DNA of 64,000 bases from positions 8,060,001 to 8,124,000 of the forward strand of contig OZ024741.1 of assembly GCA_964016885.1 (NCBI GenBank). Direction: 5' to 3'. The stretch is from Eledone cirrhosa. Taxonomy: Eukaryota. The notes below the pieces were generated by a model. That model was not told where the DNA came from and did not search any database. It saw only the letters and a program-made list of their open reading frames with translations. Positions 47,201 through 64,000 of this stretch are shown piece after piece. Position numbers and translations under genes: made by a program. How positions within the stretch are numbered: the stretch's first letter is position 1; each line of letters opens with the position of its first letter.

Positions 47201-50200
47201 AATACAACTAACAACTGCTAGGGACCTCACAACTATATATACATATAATAAATACAACTAACAACTGCTAGGAGCCTCACAACTATATATACATATAATA
47301 AATACAACTAAGAACTGCTAGGAATCTTACAACTATATATACATATAATAAACACAACTAACAACTGCTAGGAACCTCACAACTATATATACATATAATA
47401 AATACAACTAACAACTGCTAGGAGCCTCACAACTATAAATACATATAATAAATACAACTAACAACTGCTAGGAGCCTCACAACTATATATACATATAATA
47501 AATACGACAAAAATCTGCTAGGAACCTCACAACTATATATACATATAATAAATACAACTAACAACTGATAGGAACCTTATAACTATATATACATATAATA
47601 AATACAACTAACAACTGCTAGGAACCTCACAACTGAATATACATATATCAAATACAACTAACAGCTGCTAGAAACCTCACAACTATATATACATATAATA
47701 AATACAACTAACAACTGCTAGGAGCCTCACAACTATATATACATATAATACATACAACTAACAACTGCTAGAAACCTCACAACTATATATACATATAATA
47801 AATACAACTAATAACTGCTAGGAACCTCACAACTATATATACATATAATAAACATATAATAAATACAACTAACAACTGCTAGGAGTCTCACAACTATAAA
47901 TACATATAATAAATACAACTAACAACTGCTAGGAACCTCATAATTATAAATACATATAATAAATACAACTAACAACTGCTAGGACCTCACAACTATATAT
48001 ACATATAATAAATACAACTAACAACTCCTAGGAACCTCACAACTATATATACATATAATAAATACAACTAACAACTGCTAGCAGCCTCACAACTATATAT
48101 ACATATGATAAATACAACTAACAACTTCTAGGAACCTCACAACTATATATACATATAATACATACAACTAACAACTGCTAGAAACCTCACAACTATATAT
48201 ACATATAAGAAATACAACTAATAACTGCTAGGAACCTCACAACTATATATACATATAATAAATACAACTAACAACTGCTAGGGACCTCACAACTATATAT
48301 ACATATAATAAATACAACTAACAACTGCTAGGAGCCTCACAACTATATATACATATAATAAATACAACTAACAACTTCTAGGAACCTCACTACTATAAAT
48401 ACATATAATAAATACAACTATCAACTGCTAGGAGCCTCACAACTATAAATACATATAATAAATACAACTAACAACTGCTAGGAGCCTCACAACTATAAAT
48501 AAATATAATAAATACAACTAACAACAGCTAGGAGCCTCACAACTATATATACATATAATAAATACAACTAACAACTGCTAGGAGCCTCAGAACTATATAT
48601 ACATATAATAAATACAACTAACAACTGCTAGGAACCTCACAACTATATATACATATAATACATACAACTAACAACTGCTAGGAACCTCACAACTATATAT
48701 ACATATAATAAATACAACTAAGAACTGCTAGGAATCTTACAACTATATATACATATAATAAACACAACTAACAACTGCTAGGAACCTCACAACTATATAT
48801 ACATATAATAAATACAACTAACAACTGCTAGGAGCCTCACAACTATAAATACATATAATAAATACAACTAACAACTGCTAGGAGCCTCACAACTATATAT
48901 ACATATAATAAATACGACAAAAATCTGCTAGGAACCTCACAACTATATATACATATAATAAATACAACTAACAACTGATAGGAACCTCACAACTATATAT
49001 ACATATAATAAATACAACTAACAACTGCTAGGAACCTCACAACTATATATACATATAAGAAATACAACTAATAACTGCTAGGAGCCTCACAACTATATAT
49101 ACATATAATACATACAACTAACAACTGCTAGAAACCTCACAACTATATATACATATAATAAATACAACTAATAACTGCTAGGAACCTCACAACTATATAT
49201 ACATATAATACATACAACTAACAACTGCTAGAAACCTCACAACTATATATACATATAAGAAATACAACTAATAACTGCTAGGAACCTCACAACTATATAT
49301 ACATATAATAAATACAACTAACAACTGCTAGGAGCCTCACAACTATATATACATATAATACATACAACTAACAACTGCTAGAAACCTCACAACTATATAT
49401 ACATATAATAAATACAACTAATAACTGCTAGGAACCTCACAACTATATATACATATAATACATACAACTAACAACAGCTAGAAACCTCACAACTATATAT
49501 ACATATAAGAAATACAACTAATAACTGCTAGGAACCTCACAACTATATATACATATAATAAATACAACTAACAACTGCTAGGAACCTCACAACTATATAT
49601 ACATATAATAAATACAACTAACAACTGCTAGGAGCCTCACAACTATATATACATATAATAAATACAACTAACAACTTCTAGGAACCTCACAACTATAAAT
49701 ACATATAATAAATACAACTAACAACTGCTAGGAGCCTCACAACTATAAATACATATAATAAATACAACTAACAACTGCTAGGAGCCTCACAACTATAAAT
49801 AAATATAATAAATACAACTAACAACAGCTAGGTGCCTCACAACTGTATATACATATAATAAATACAACTAACAACTGCTAGGAACCTCACAACTATATAT
49901 ACATATAATAAATACAACTAACAACTGCTAGGAACCTCACAACTATATATACATATAATAAATACAACTAAGAACTGCTAGGAATCTTACAACTATATAT
50001 ACATATAATAAACACAACTAACAACTGCTAGGAACCTCACAACTATATGTACATATAATAAATACAACTAACAACTGCTAGAAGCCTCACAACTATAAAT
50101 ACATATAATAAATACAACTAACAACTGCTAGGAGCCTCACAACTATATATACATATAATAAATACGACAAAAATCTGCTAGGAACCTCACAACTATATAT

Positions 50201-53200
50201 ACATATAATAAATACAACTAACAACTGATAGGAACCTCACAACTATATATACATATAATAATTACAACTAACAACTGCTAGGAACCTCACAACTGAATAT
50301 ACATATATTAAATACAACTAACAGCTGCTAGAAACCTCACAACTATATATACATATAATAAATACAACTAACATCTGCTAGGAGCCTCACAACTATATAT
50401 ACATATAATACATACAACTAACAACTGCTAGAAAACTCACAACTATATATACATATAATAAATACAACTAATAACTGCTAGGAACCTCACAACGATATAT
50501 ACATATAATAAACATATAATAAATACAACTAACAACTGCTAGGAACCTGACAACTATAAATACATATAATAAATACAACTAACAACTGCTAGGAGCCTCA
50601 CAACTATAAATACATATAATAAATACAACTAACAACTGCTAGGAGCCTCACAACTATATATACATATAATAAATACAACTAACAACTGCTAGGAACCTCA
50701 CAACTATATATACATATAATACATACAACTAACAACTGCTAGGAACCTCACAACTATATATACATATAATAAATACAACTAAGAACTGCTAGGAATCTTA
50801 CAACTATATATACATATAATAAACACAACTAACAACTGCTAGGAACCTCACAACTATATATACATATAATAAATACAACTAACAACTGCTACGAACCTCA
50901 CAACTATAAATACATATAATAAATACAACTAACAACTGCTAGTAGTCTCACAACTATAAATACATATAGTAAATACAACTAACAACAGCTAGGAACCTCA
51001 TAATTATAAATACATATAATAAATACAACTAACATCTTCTAGGAACCTCACAACTATCAATACATATAATAAATACAACTAACAACTGCTAGGAACTTCA
51101 CAACTATATATACATATAATAAATACAACTAACAACAGCTAGGAACCTCACAACTATATATACATATAATAAATACAACTAACAACTGCTAGGAGCCTCA
51201 CAACTATAAATACATATAATAAATACAACTAACAACTGCTAGGAGCCTCACAACTATATATACATATAATAAATACAACTAACAACTGCTAGGAGCCTCA
51301 CAACTATAAATACATATAATAAATAAAACTAACAACTGCTAGGGACCTCACAACTATATATACGTATAATAAATACAACTAACAACTTCTAGGAACCTCA
51401 CAATTATATATACATATAATAAATACAACTAACATCTGCTAGGAACCTCACAACTGAATATACATATAATAAATACAACTAACAGCTGCTAGAAACCTCA
51501 CAACTATATATACATATAATAAATACAACTAACAACTGCTAGGAGCCTCACAACTATATATACATATAATACATACAACTAACAACTGCTAGAAACCTCA
51601 CAACTATATATACATATAAGAAATACAACTAATAACTGCTAGGAACCTCACAACTATATATACATATAATAAACATATAATAAATACAACTAACAACTGC
51701 TAGGAACCTAACAACTATAAATACATATAATAAATACAACTAACAACTGCTAGGAGCCTCACAACTATAAATACATATAATAAATACAACTAACAACTGC
51801 TAGGAACCTGACAACTATAAATACATATAATAAATACAACTAACAACTGCTAGGAGCCTCACAACTATAAATACATATAATAAATACAACTAACAACTGC
51901 TAGGAGCCTCACAACTATAAATACATATAATAAATACAACTAACAACAGCTAGGAGCCTCACAACTAAATATACATATAATAAATACAACTAACAACTGC
52001 TAGGAACCTCACAACTATATATAAATATAATAAATACAACTAACAACTGCTAGGAGCCTCACAACTATAAATACATATAATAAATACAACTAACAACTGC
52101 TAGGAGCCTCACAACTATATATACATATAATAAATACGACAAAAAACTCCTAGGAACCTCACAACTATATATAAATATAATAAATACAACTAACAACTGC
52201 TAGGAGCCTCACAACTATAAATACATATAATAAATACAACTAACAACTGCTAGGAACCTCGCAACTATAAATACAGATAATAAATAGAACTAACAAATGC
52301 TAGGAGCCTCTCAACTATAAATACATATAATAAATACAACTAACAACTGCTAGGAACCACACACCTATAAATACATACAATAAATACAACTAACAACTGC
52401 TAGGAGCCTCACAACTATACATACATATAATAAATACAACTAACAACTGCTAGCAGCCTCGCAACTATATATACATATAATAAATACAACTAACAACTGC
52501 TAGGAGCCTCACAACTATAAATACATATAATAAATTCAACTAACAACTGCTCGGAACCTCACAACTATAAATACATATAATAAATACAACTAACAACTGC
52601 TAGGAGAATCACAACTATGAATACATATAATAAATACAACTAACAACTGCTAGGAGACTCACAACTATATATACATATAATAAATACAACTAACAACTGC
52701 TAGGAACCTCACAACTATATATATATATATAATTAATACAACTAACAACTGCTGGGATCCTCACAACTATATATACATATAATAAATACAACTAACAACT
52801 GCTAGGAGTCTCACAACCATATATACATATAATAAATACAACTAACAACTGCTAGGATCCTCAAAGCTATAAATACATATGATAAATACAATTAACAACT
52901 GCTAGGAACCTCACAACTATATATACATATAACAAATACAACTAACAACTGCTAGGAACCTCACAACTATAAATACATATAATAAATACAACTAACAACT
53001 GCCAAGGAGACTCACAACTATATATACATATAATAAATACAACTAGCAACTGCTAGGAGACTCACAACTATATATACATATAATAAATACAACTAACAAC
53101 TGCTAGGAACCTCACAACTATATATACATATAATAAATACAACTAACACTGCTAGGAGACTCACAACTATATATACATATAATAAATACAACTAACAACT

Positions 53201-56200
53201 GCTAGGAACCTCAAAACTATATATACATATAATAAATACAACTAACACTGCTAGGAGACTCACAACTATATATACATATAATAAATACAACTAACAACTG
53301 CTAGGAACCTCACAACTATATATCCATATAATAAATACAACTAACAACTGCTGGGAGCCTCACAACTATATATACATATAATAAATACAATTAACAACTG
53401 CTAGGAACCTCACAACTATATATACATATAATAAATACAACTAACAACTGCTAGAAGACTCAGAATTATATATACATATAATAAATACAACTAACAACTG
53501 CTAGGAACCTCACAACTATAAATACATATAATAAATACAACTAACACTGCTAGGAGACTCACAACTATATATACATATAATAAATACAACTAACAACTGC
53601 TAGGAACCTCACAACTATATATCCATATAATAAATACAACTAACAACTGCTGGGAGCCTCACAACTATATATACATATAATAAATACAATTAACAACTGC
53701 TAGGAACCTCACAACTATATATACATATAATAAATACAACTAACAACTGCTAGAAGACTCACAATTATATATACATATAATAAATACAACTAACAACTGC
53801 TAGGAACCTCACAACTATATATACATATAATACAACTAACAACAGCTAGGAACCTCACAACTATAAATACATATATTAATACAACTAACAACTGCTAGGA
53901 ACCTCACAACTATAAATACATATAATACATACAACTACCAACTGCTAGGAGCGTCATAACTATAAATACGTATAATATATACAACTAACAACTGCTAGGA
54001 GCCTCACAACTAAATATACGTATAATAAATACAACTAACAACTGCTAGGAATCACACACCTATAAATACATATAATAAATACAACTAACAACTGCTAGGA
54101 GCCTCACAACTATACATACATATACTAAATAAAACTAACAACTGCTAGGAGCCTCACAACTACATATACATATAATAAATACAACTAACAACTGATAGGA
54201 GCCTCACAACGATATATACATATAACAAATACAACTAACAACTGCTGGGAGCCTCACAACTATATATACATATAATAAATACAACTAACAACTGCTAGGA
54301 ACCTCACAACTATATATACATATAATAAATACAACTAACAACTGCTAGGAACCTCACAACTATAAATACATATAATAAATACAACTAACAACTGCTAGGA
54401 ACCTCACAACTATATATACATATAATAAATACAACTAACAACTGCTAGGAACCTCACAACTATAAATATATATAATAAATACAACTAACAACTGCCAAGG
54501 AAGCTCACAACTATATATACATATAATAAATACAACTAGCAACTGCTAGGAGACTCACAACTATATATACATATAATAAATACAACTAACAACTGCTAGG
54601 AACCTCACAACTATATATACATATAATAAATACAACTAACAACTGCTAGGATCCTCACAACTATATATACATATAATAAATACAACCAACAACAGCTAGG
54701 AACCTCACAACTATATATACATATAATAAATACAACTAACAACCGCTAGGAACCTCACAACTATAAATACAGTTAATAAATAGAACTAACAACTGCTAGG
54801 AGCCTTTCAACTATAAATACATATAATAAATACAACTAACAACTGCTAGGAATCTCACAGCCATATATACATATAATAAATACAACTAACAACTGATAGG
54901 AGTCTCACAACTATATATACATGTAATAAATACAACTAACAACTGCTGGGAGCCTCACAACTATATATACATATAATAAATACAACTAACAACTGCTAGG
55001 GGCCTCACAACTATATATACATATAATAAATACAACTAACAACTGCTAGGAACCTCACAACTATATATACATATAATAAATACAACTAACAACTGCTAGG
55101 AGACTCACAACTATATATACATATAATAAATACAACTAACAGCTGCTGGGAGCCTCACAACTATATATACATATAATAAATACAACTAACAACTGCTAGG
55201 AACCTCACAACTATATATACATATAATAAATACAACTAACAACTGCTAGGAGACTCACAATTATATATACATATAATAAATACAACTAACAACTGCTAGG
55301 AACCTCACAACTATAAACAGATATAATAACTACAACTAACAACTGCTAGGAACCTCACAACTATATATTCATATAATACAACTAACAACTGCTAGGAACC
55401 TCACAACTATATATACATATAATACAACTAACAACATCTAGGAACCTCGCAACTATAAATACATATATTAATACAACTAACAACTGCTAGGAACCTCACA
55501 ACTATAAATATGTATAACAAATACAACTAACAACTGCTAGGAACCTCACAACTATAAATACATATAATAAATACAACTAACAACTGCCAAGGAGACTCAC
55601 AACTATATATACATATAATAAATACAACTAGCAACTGCTAGGAGACTCACAACTATATATACATATAATAAATACAACTAACAACTGCTATGAACCTCAC
55701 AACTATATTTATATATAATAAATACAACTAACAACTGATGGGAACCTCGCAACTATATATACATATAATAAATACAACTAACAACTGCTAGGATCCTCAC
55801 AACTATATATACATATAATAAATACAACTAACACTGCTAGGAGACTCACAACTATATATACATATAATAAATACAACTAACAACTGCTAGGAACCTCACA
55901 ACTATATATACATATAATAAATACAACTAACACTGCTAGGAGACTCACAACTATATATACATATAATAAATACAACTAACAACTGCTAGGAACCTCACAA
56001 CTATATATACATATAATAAATACAACTAACAACTGCTGGGAGCCTCACAACTATATATACATATAATAAATACAATTAACAACTGCTAGGAACCTCACAA
56101 CTATATATACATATAATAAATACAACTAACAACTGCTAGAAGACTCACAATTATATATACATATAATAAATACAACTAACAACTGCTAGGAACCTCACAA

Positions 56201-59200
56201 CTATAAATACATATAATAAATACAACTAACAACTGCTAGGAACCTCACAACTATATATACATATAATACAACTAACAACTGCTAGGAACCTCACAACTAT
56301 ATATATACATATAATTAATACAACTAACAACTTCTGGGATCCTCACAACTATATATACATATAATAAATACAACTAACAACTGCTAGGATCCTCACAACT
56401 ATATATACATATAATTAATACAACTAACATCAGCTAGGAACCTCACAACTATATATACATATAATAAATACAACTAACAACTGCTAGGATCCTCACAACT
56501 ATATATACATATAATAAATAGAACTAACAACTGCTAGGAGTCTCACAACCATATATACATATAATAAATACAACTAACAACTGCTAGGATCCTCAAAACT
56601 ATAAATACATATGATAAATACAACTAACAACTGCTAGGAACCTCACAACTATATATACATATAACAAATACAACTAACAACTGCTAGGAACCTCACAACT
56701 ATAAATACATATAATAAATACAACTAACAACTGCCAAGGAGACTCACAACTATATATACATATAATAAATACAACTAGCAACTGCTAGGAGAATCACAAC
56801 TATATATACATATAATAAATACAACTAACAACTGCTAGGAACCTCACAACTATATTTATATATAATAAATACAACTAACAACTGATGGGAACCTCACAAC
56901 TATATATACATATAATAAATACAACTAACAACTGCTAGGATCCTCACAACTATATATACATATAATAAATACAACTAACACTGCTAGGAGACTCACAACT
57001 ATATATACATATAATAAATACAACTAACAACTGCTAGGAACCTCACAACTATATATACATATAATAAATACAACTAACACTGCTAGGAGACTCACAACTA
57101 TATATACATATAATAAATACAACTAACAACTGCTAGGAACCTCACAACTATATATACATATAATAAATACAACTAACAACTGCTGGGAGCCTCACAACTA
57201 TATATACATATAATAAATACAATTAACAACTGCTAGGAACCTCACAACTATATATACATATAATAAATACAACTAACAACTGCTAGAAGACTCACAATTA
57301 TATATACATATAATAAATACAACTAACAACTGCTAGGAACCTCACTACTATAAATACATATAATAAATACAACTAACAACTGCTAGGAACCTCACAACTA
57401 TATATACATATAATACAACTAACAACTGCTAGGAACCTCACAACTATATATACATATAATACAACTAACAACAGCTAGGAACCTCACAACTATAAATACA
57501 TATATTAATACAACTAACAACTGCTAGGAACCTCACAACTATAAATACATATAATACATACAACTACCAACTGCTAGGAGCGTCATAACTATAAATACGT
57601 ATAATATATACAACTAACAACTGCTAGGAGCCTCACAACTAAATATACGTATAATAAATACAACTAACAACTGCTAGGAATCACACACCTATAAATACAT
57701 AAAATAACTACAACTAACAACTGCTAGGAGCCTCACAACTATACATACATATACTAAATACAACTAACAACTGCTAGGAGCCTCACAACTACATATACAT
57801 ATAATAAATACAACTAACAACTGATAGGAGCCTCACAACGATATATACATATAACAAATACAACTAACAACTGCTGGGAGCCTCACAACTATATATACAT
57901 ATAATAAATACAACTAACAACTGCTAGGAACCTCACAACTATATATACATATAATAAATACAACTAACAACTGCTAGGAACCTCACAACTATAAATACAT
58001 ATAATAAATACAACTAACAACTGCTAGGAACCTCACAACTATATATACATATAATATATACAACTAACAACTGCTAGGAACCTCACAACTATAAATACAT
58101 ATAATAAATACAACTAATAACTGCGAAGGAAACTCACAACTATATATACATATAATAAATACAACTAGCAACTGCTAGGAGACTCACAACTATATATACA
58201 TATAATAAATACAACTAACAACTGCTAGGAACCTCACAACTATATATACATATAATAAATACAACTAACAACTGCTAGGATCCTCACAACTATATATACA
58301 TATAATAAATACAACCAACAACAGCTAGGAACCTCACAACTATATATACATATAATAAATACAACTAACAACCGCTAGGAACCTCACAACTATAAATACA
58401 GTTAATAAATAGAACTAACAACTGCTAGGAGCCTTTCAACTATAAATAAATATAATAAATACAACTAACAACTGCTAGGAATCTCACAGCCATATATACA
58501 TATAATAAATACAACTAACAACTGCTAGGAGTCTCACAACTATATATACATGTAATAAATACAACTAACAACTGCTGGGAGCCTCACAACTATATATACA
58601 TATAATAAATACAGCTAACTACTGCTAGGGGCCTCACAACTATATATACATATAATAAATACAACTAACAACTGCTAGGAACCTCACAACTATATATACA
58701 TATAATAAATACAACTAACAACTGCTAGGAGACTCACAACTATATATACATATAATAAATACAACTAACAACTGCTAGGAACCTCACAACTATATATACA
58801 TATAATAAATACAACTAACAGCTGCTGGGAGCCTCACAACTATATATACATATAATAAATACAACTAACAACTGCTAGGAACCTCACAACTATATATACA
58901 TATAATAAATACAACTAACAACTGCTAGGAGACTCACAATTATATATACATATAATAAATACAACTAACAACTGCTAGGAACCTCACAACTATAAACACA
59001 TATAATAACTACAACTAACAACTGCTAGGAACCTCACAACTATATATTCATATAATACAACTAACAACTGCTAGGAACCTCACAACTATATATACATATA
59101 ATACAACTAACAACATCTAGGAACCTCGCAACTATAAATACATATATTAATACAACTAACAACTGCTAGGAACCTCACAACTATAAATACATATAACAAA

Positions 59201-62200
59201 TACAACTAACAACTGCTAGGAACCTCACAACTATAAATACATATAATAAATACAACTAACAACTGCCAAGGAGACTCACAACTATATATACATATAATAA
59301 ATACAACTAACACTGCTAGGAGACTCACAACTATATATACATATAATAAATACAACTAACAACTGCTAGGAACCTCACAACTATATATACATATAATAAA
59401 TACAACTAACACTGCTAGGAGACTCACAACTATATATACATATAATAAATACAACTAACATCTGCTAGGAACCTCACAACTATATATACATATAATAAAT
59501 ACAACTAACAACTGCTGGGAGCCTCACAACTATATATACATATAATAAATACAACTAACAACTGCTAGAAGACTCACAATTATATATACATATAATAAAT
59601 ACAACTAACAACTGCTAGGAACCTCACAACTATAAATATATATAATAAATACAACTAACAACTGCTAGGAACCTCACAACTATATATACATATAATACAA
59701 CTAACAACTGCTAGGAACCTCACAACTATATATACATATAATACAACTAACAACAGCTAGGAACCTCACAACTATAAATACATATATTAATACAACTAAC
59801 AACTGCTAGGAACCTCACAACTATAAATACATATAATACATACAACTAACAACTGCTAGGAGCGTCATAACTATAAATACGTATAATATATACAACTAAC
59901 AACTGCTAGGAGCCTCACAACTAAATATACGTATAATAAATACAACTAACAACTGCTAGGAATCACACACCTATAAATACATATAATAAATACAACTAAC
60001 AACTGCTAGGAGCCTCACAACTATACATACATATACTAAATACAACTAACAACTGCTAGGAGCCTCACAACTACATATACATATAATAAATACAACTAAC
60101 AACTGATAGGAGCCTCACAACGATATATACATATAACAAATACAACTAACAACTGCTGGGAGCCTCACAACTATATATACATATAATAAATACAACTAAC
60201 AACTGCTAGAAGACTCACAATTATATATACATATAATAAATACAACTAACAACTGCTAGGAACCTCACAACTATGAATACATATAATAAATACAACTAAC
60301 AACTGCTAGGAACCTCACAACTATATATACATATAATACAACTAACAACTGCTAGGAACCTCACAACTATATATACATATAATACAACTAACAACAGCTA
60401 GGAACCTCACAACTATAAATACATATATTAATACAACTAACAACTGCTAGGAACCTCACAACTATAAATACATATAATACATACAACTACCAACTGCTAG
60501 GAGCGTCATAACTATAAATACGTATAATATATACAACTAACAACTGCTAGGAGCCTCACAACTAAATATACGTATAATAAATACAACTAACAACTGCTAG
60601 GAATCACACACCTATAAATACATATAATAAATACAACTAACAACTGCTAGGAGCCTCACAACTATACATACATATACTAAATACAACTAACAACTGCTAG
60701 GAGCCTCACAACTACATATACATATAATAAATACAACTAACAACTGATAGGAGCCTCACAACGATATATACATATAACAAATACAACTAACAACTGCTGG
60801 GAGCCTCACAACTATATATACATATAATAAATACAACTAACAACTGCTAGGAACCTCACATCTATATATACATATAATAAATACAACTAACAACTGCTAG
60901 GAACCTCACAACTATAAATACATATAATAAATACAACTAACAACTGCCAAGGAGACTCACAACTATATATACATATAATAAGTACAACTAGCAACTGCTA
61001 GGAGACTCACAACTATATATACATATAATAAATACAACTAACAACTGCTAGGAACCTCACAACTATATATACATATAATAAATACAACTAACACTGCTAG
61101 GAGACTCACAACTATATATACATATAATAAATACAACTAACAACTGCTAGGAACCTCACAACTATATATACATATAATAAATACAACTAACAACTGCTGG
61201 GAGCCTCACAACTATATATACATATAATAAATACAATTAACAACTGCTAGGAACCTCACAACTATATATACATATAATAAATACAACTAACAACTGCTAG
61301 AAGACTCACAATTATATATACATATAATAAATACAACTAACAACTGCTAGGAACCTCACAACTATAAATACATATAATAAATACAACTAACAACTGCTAG
61401 GAACCTCACAACTATATATACATATAATACAACTAACAACTGCTAGGAACCTCACAACTATATATACATATAATACAACTAACAACAGCTAGGAACCTCA
61501 CAACTATAAATACATATATTAATACAACTAACAACTGCTAGGAACCTCACAACTATAAATACATATAATACATACAACTACCAACTGCTAGGAGCGTCAT
61601 AACTATAAATACGTATAATATATACAACTAACAACTGCTAGGAGCCTCACAACTAAATATACGTATAATAAATACAACTAACAACTGCTAGGAATCACAC
61701 ACCTATAAATACATAAAATAAATACAACTAACAACTGCTAGGAGCCTCACAACTATACATACATATACTAAATACAACTAACAACTGCTAGGAGCCTCAC
61801 AACTACATATACATATAATAAATACAACTAACAACTGATAGGAGCCTCACAACGATATATACATATAACAAATACAACTAACAACTGCTGGGAGCCTCAC
61901 AACTATATATACATATAATAAATACAACTAACAACTGCTAGGAACCTCACAACTATATATACATATAATAAATACAACTAACAACTGCTAGGAACCTCAC
62001 AACTATAAATACATATAATAAATACAACTAACAACTGCTAGGAACCTCACAACTATAAATACATATAATAAATACAACTAACAACTGCGAAGGAAACTCA
62101 CAACTATATATACATATAATAAATACAACTAGCAACTGCTAGGAGACTCACAACTATATATACATATAATAAATACAACTAACAACTGCTAGGAACCTCA

Positions 62201-64000
62201 CAACTATATATACATATAATAAATACAACTAACAACTACTAGGATCCTCACAACTATATATACATATAATAAATACAACCAACAACAGCTAGGAACCTCA
62301 CAACTATATATACATATAATAAATACAACTAACAACCGCTAGGAACCTCACAACTATAAATACAGTTAATAAATAGAACTAACAACTGCTAGGAGCCTTT
62401 CAACTATAAATAAATATAATAAATACAACTAACAACTGCTAGGAATCTCACAGCCATATATACATATAATAAATACAACTAACAACTGCTAGGAGTCTCA
62501 CAACTATATATACATGTAATAAATACAACTAACAACTGCTGGGAGCCTCACAACTATATATACATATAATAAATACAGCTAACAACTGCTAGGGGCCTCA
62601 CAACTATATATACATATAATAAATACAACTAACAACTGCTAGGAACCTCACAACTATATATACATATAATAAATACAACTAACAACTGCTAGGAGACTCA
62701 CAACTATATATACATATAATAAATACAACTAACAACTGCTAGGAACCTCACAACTATATATACATATAATAAATACAACTAACAGCTGCTGGGAGCCTCA
62801 CAACTATATATACATATAATAAATACAACTAACAACTGCTAGGAACCTCACAACTATATATACATATAATAAATACAACTAACAACTGCTAGGAGACTCA
62901 CAATTATATATACATATAATAAATACAACTAACAACTGCTAGGAACCTCACAACTATAAACACATATAATAACTACAACTAACAACTGCTAGGAACCTCA
63001 CAACTATATATTCATATAATAGAACTAACAACTGCTAGGAACCTCACAACAATATATACATATAATACAACTAACAACATCTAGGAACCTCGCAACTATA
63101 AATACATATATTAATACAACTAACAACTGCTAGGAACCTCACAACTATAAATACATATAACAAATACAACTAACAACTGCTAGGAACCTCACAACTATAA
63201 ATACATATAATAAATACAACTAACAACTGCCAAGGAGACTCACAACTATATATACATATAATAAATACAACTAGCAACTGCTAGGAGACTCACAACTATA
63301 TATACATATAATAAATACAACTAACAACTGCTAGGAACCTCACAACTATATTTATATATAATAAATACAAATAACAACTGATGGGAACCTCACAACTATA
63401 TATACATATAATAAATACAACTAACAACTGCTAGGATCCTCGCAACTATATATACATATAATAAATACAACTAACACTGCTAGGAGACTCACAACTATAT
63501 ATACATATAATAAATACAACTAACAACTGCTAGGAACCTCACAACTATATATACATATAATAAATACAACTAACACTGCTTGGAGACTCACAACTATATA
63601 TACATATAATAAATACAACTAACAACTGCTAGGAACCTCACAACTATATATACATATAATAAATACAACTAACACTGCTAGGAGACTCACAACTATATAT
63701 ACATATAATAAATACAACTAACAACTGCTAGGAACCTCACAACTATATATACATATAATAAATACAACTAACAACTGCTGGGAGCCTCACAACTATATAT
63801 ACATATAATAAATACAATTAACAACTGCTAGGAACCTCACAACTATATATACATATAATAAATACAACTAACAACTGCTAGAAGACTCACAATTATATAT
63901 ACATATAATAAATACAACTAACAACTGCTAGGAACCTCACAACTATAAATACATATAATAAATACAACTAACAACTGCTAGGAACCTCACAACTATATAT
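14246..64000. repeat. 50-bp satellite, consensus TCACAACTATATATACATATAATAAATACAACTAACAACTGCTAGGA(A/G)CC, roughly 995 monomers, continuing beyond the window
   Basis: Exact 50-bp period in a single orientation, with length variants of 46, 49, 51, 52, 54 and 61 bp and multi-kb higher-order duplications. Confidence 0.99.
14614..14715 (-). mobile_element. 5'-truncated SINE inserted in a satellite monomer
   Basis: Matches 6781-6881. It sits between ATATAATAA and ATACAACTAAC of one monomer, with no TSD. Confidence 0.92.

Noticed and set aside
14246-64000. CRISPR-like or telomeric array
   Set aside because: No unique spacers and no cas genes, in a eukaryotic context. There are no true TTAGGG/TTAGG runs; TTAGTTG on the minus strand is only superficially similar.

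Overview
Eukaryotic, AT-rich, fully repetitive window with no supportable host gene. The SINE and LINE-tail types resemble those I recall from octopus/cephalopod genomes; this is an inference, not a search result. Bases 1-13.4 kb are a nested stack of mobile elements. An AT-rich TTAA-starting host repeat is interrupted by a non-autonomous Helitron (itself holding a tRNA-derived SINE), a LINE-like 3' end carrying a 37-bp minisatellite, a CR1-like tail and an RTE (Rex3/Expander-like) 3' end. The RTE (GAA)n tail is split by a ~9.2-kb cluster built on (TAA)n microsatellite. The cluster holds five head-to-tail R4/Dong-clade retrotransposon copies (RT + CCHC + restriction-like endonuclease) from two families in the order A-B-A-B-A, plus an antisense L1/Tx1-like fragment and SINE copies. 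One Dong copy has a twin-priming-type 5' inversion and another is fused head-to-head to a full-length antisense SINE. From ~14,246 to the window end lies a ~50-kb satellite of 50-bp monomers (~995 copies) with successive variant domains and multi-kb higher-order duplications (4,320 and 3,603 bp), interrupted only once, by a SINE fragment near its edge.
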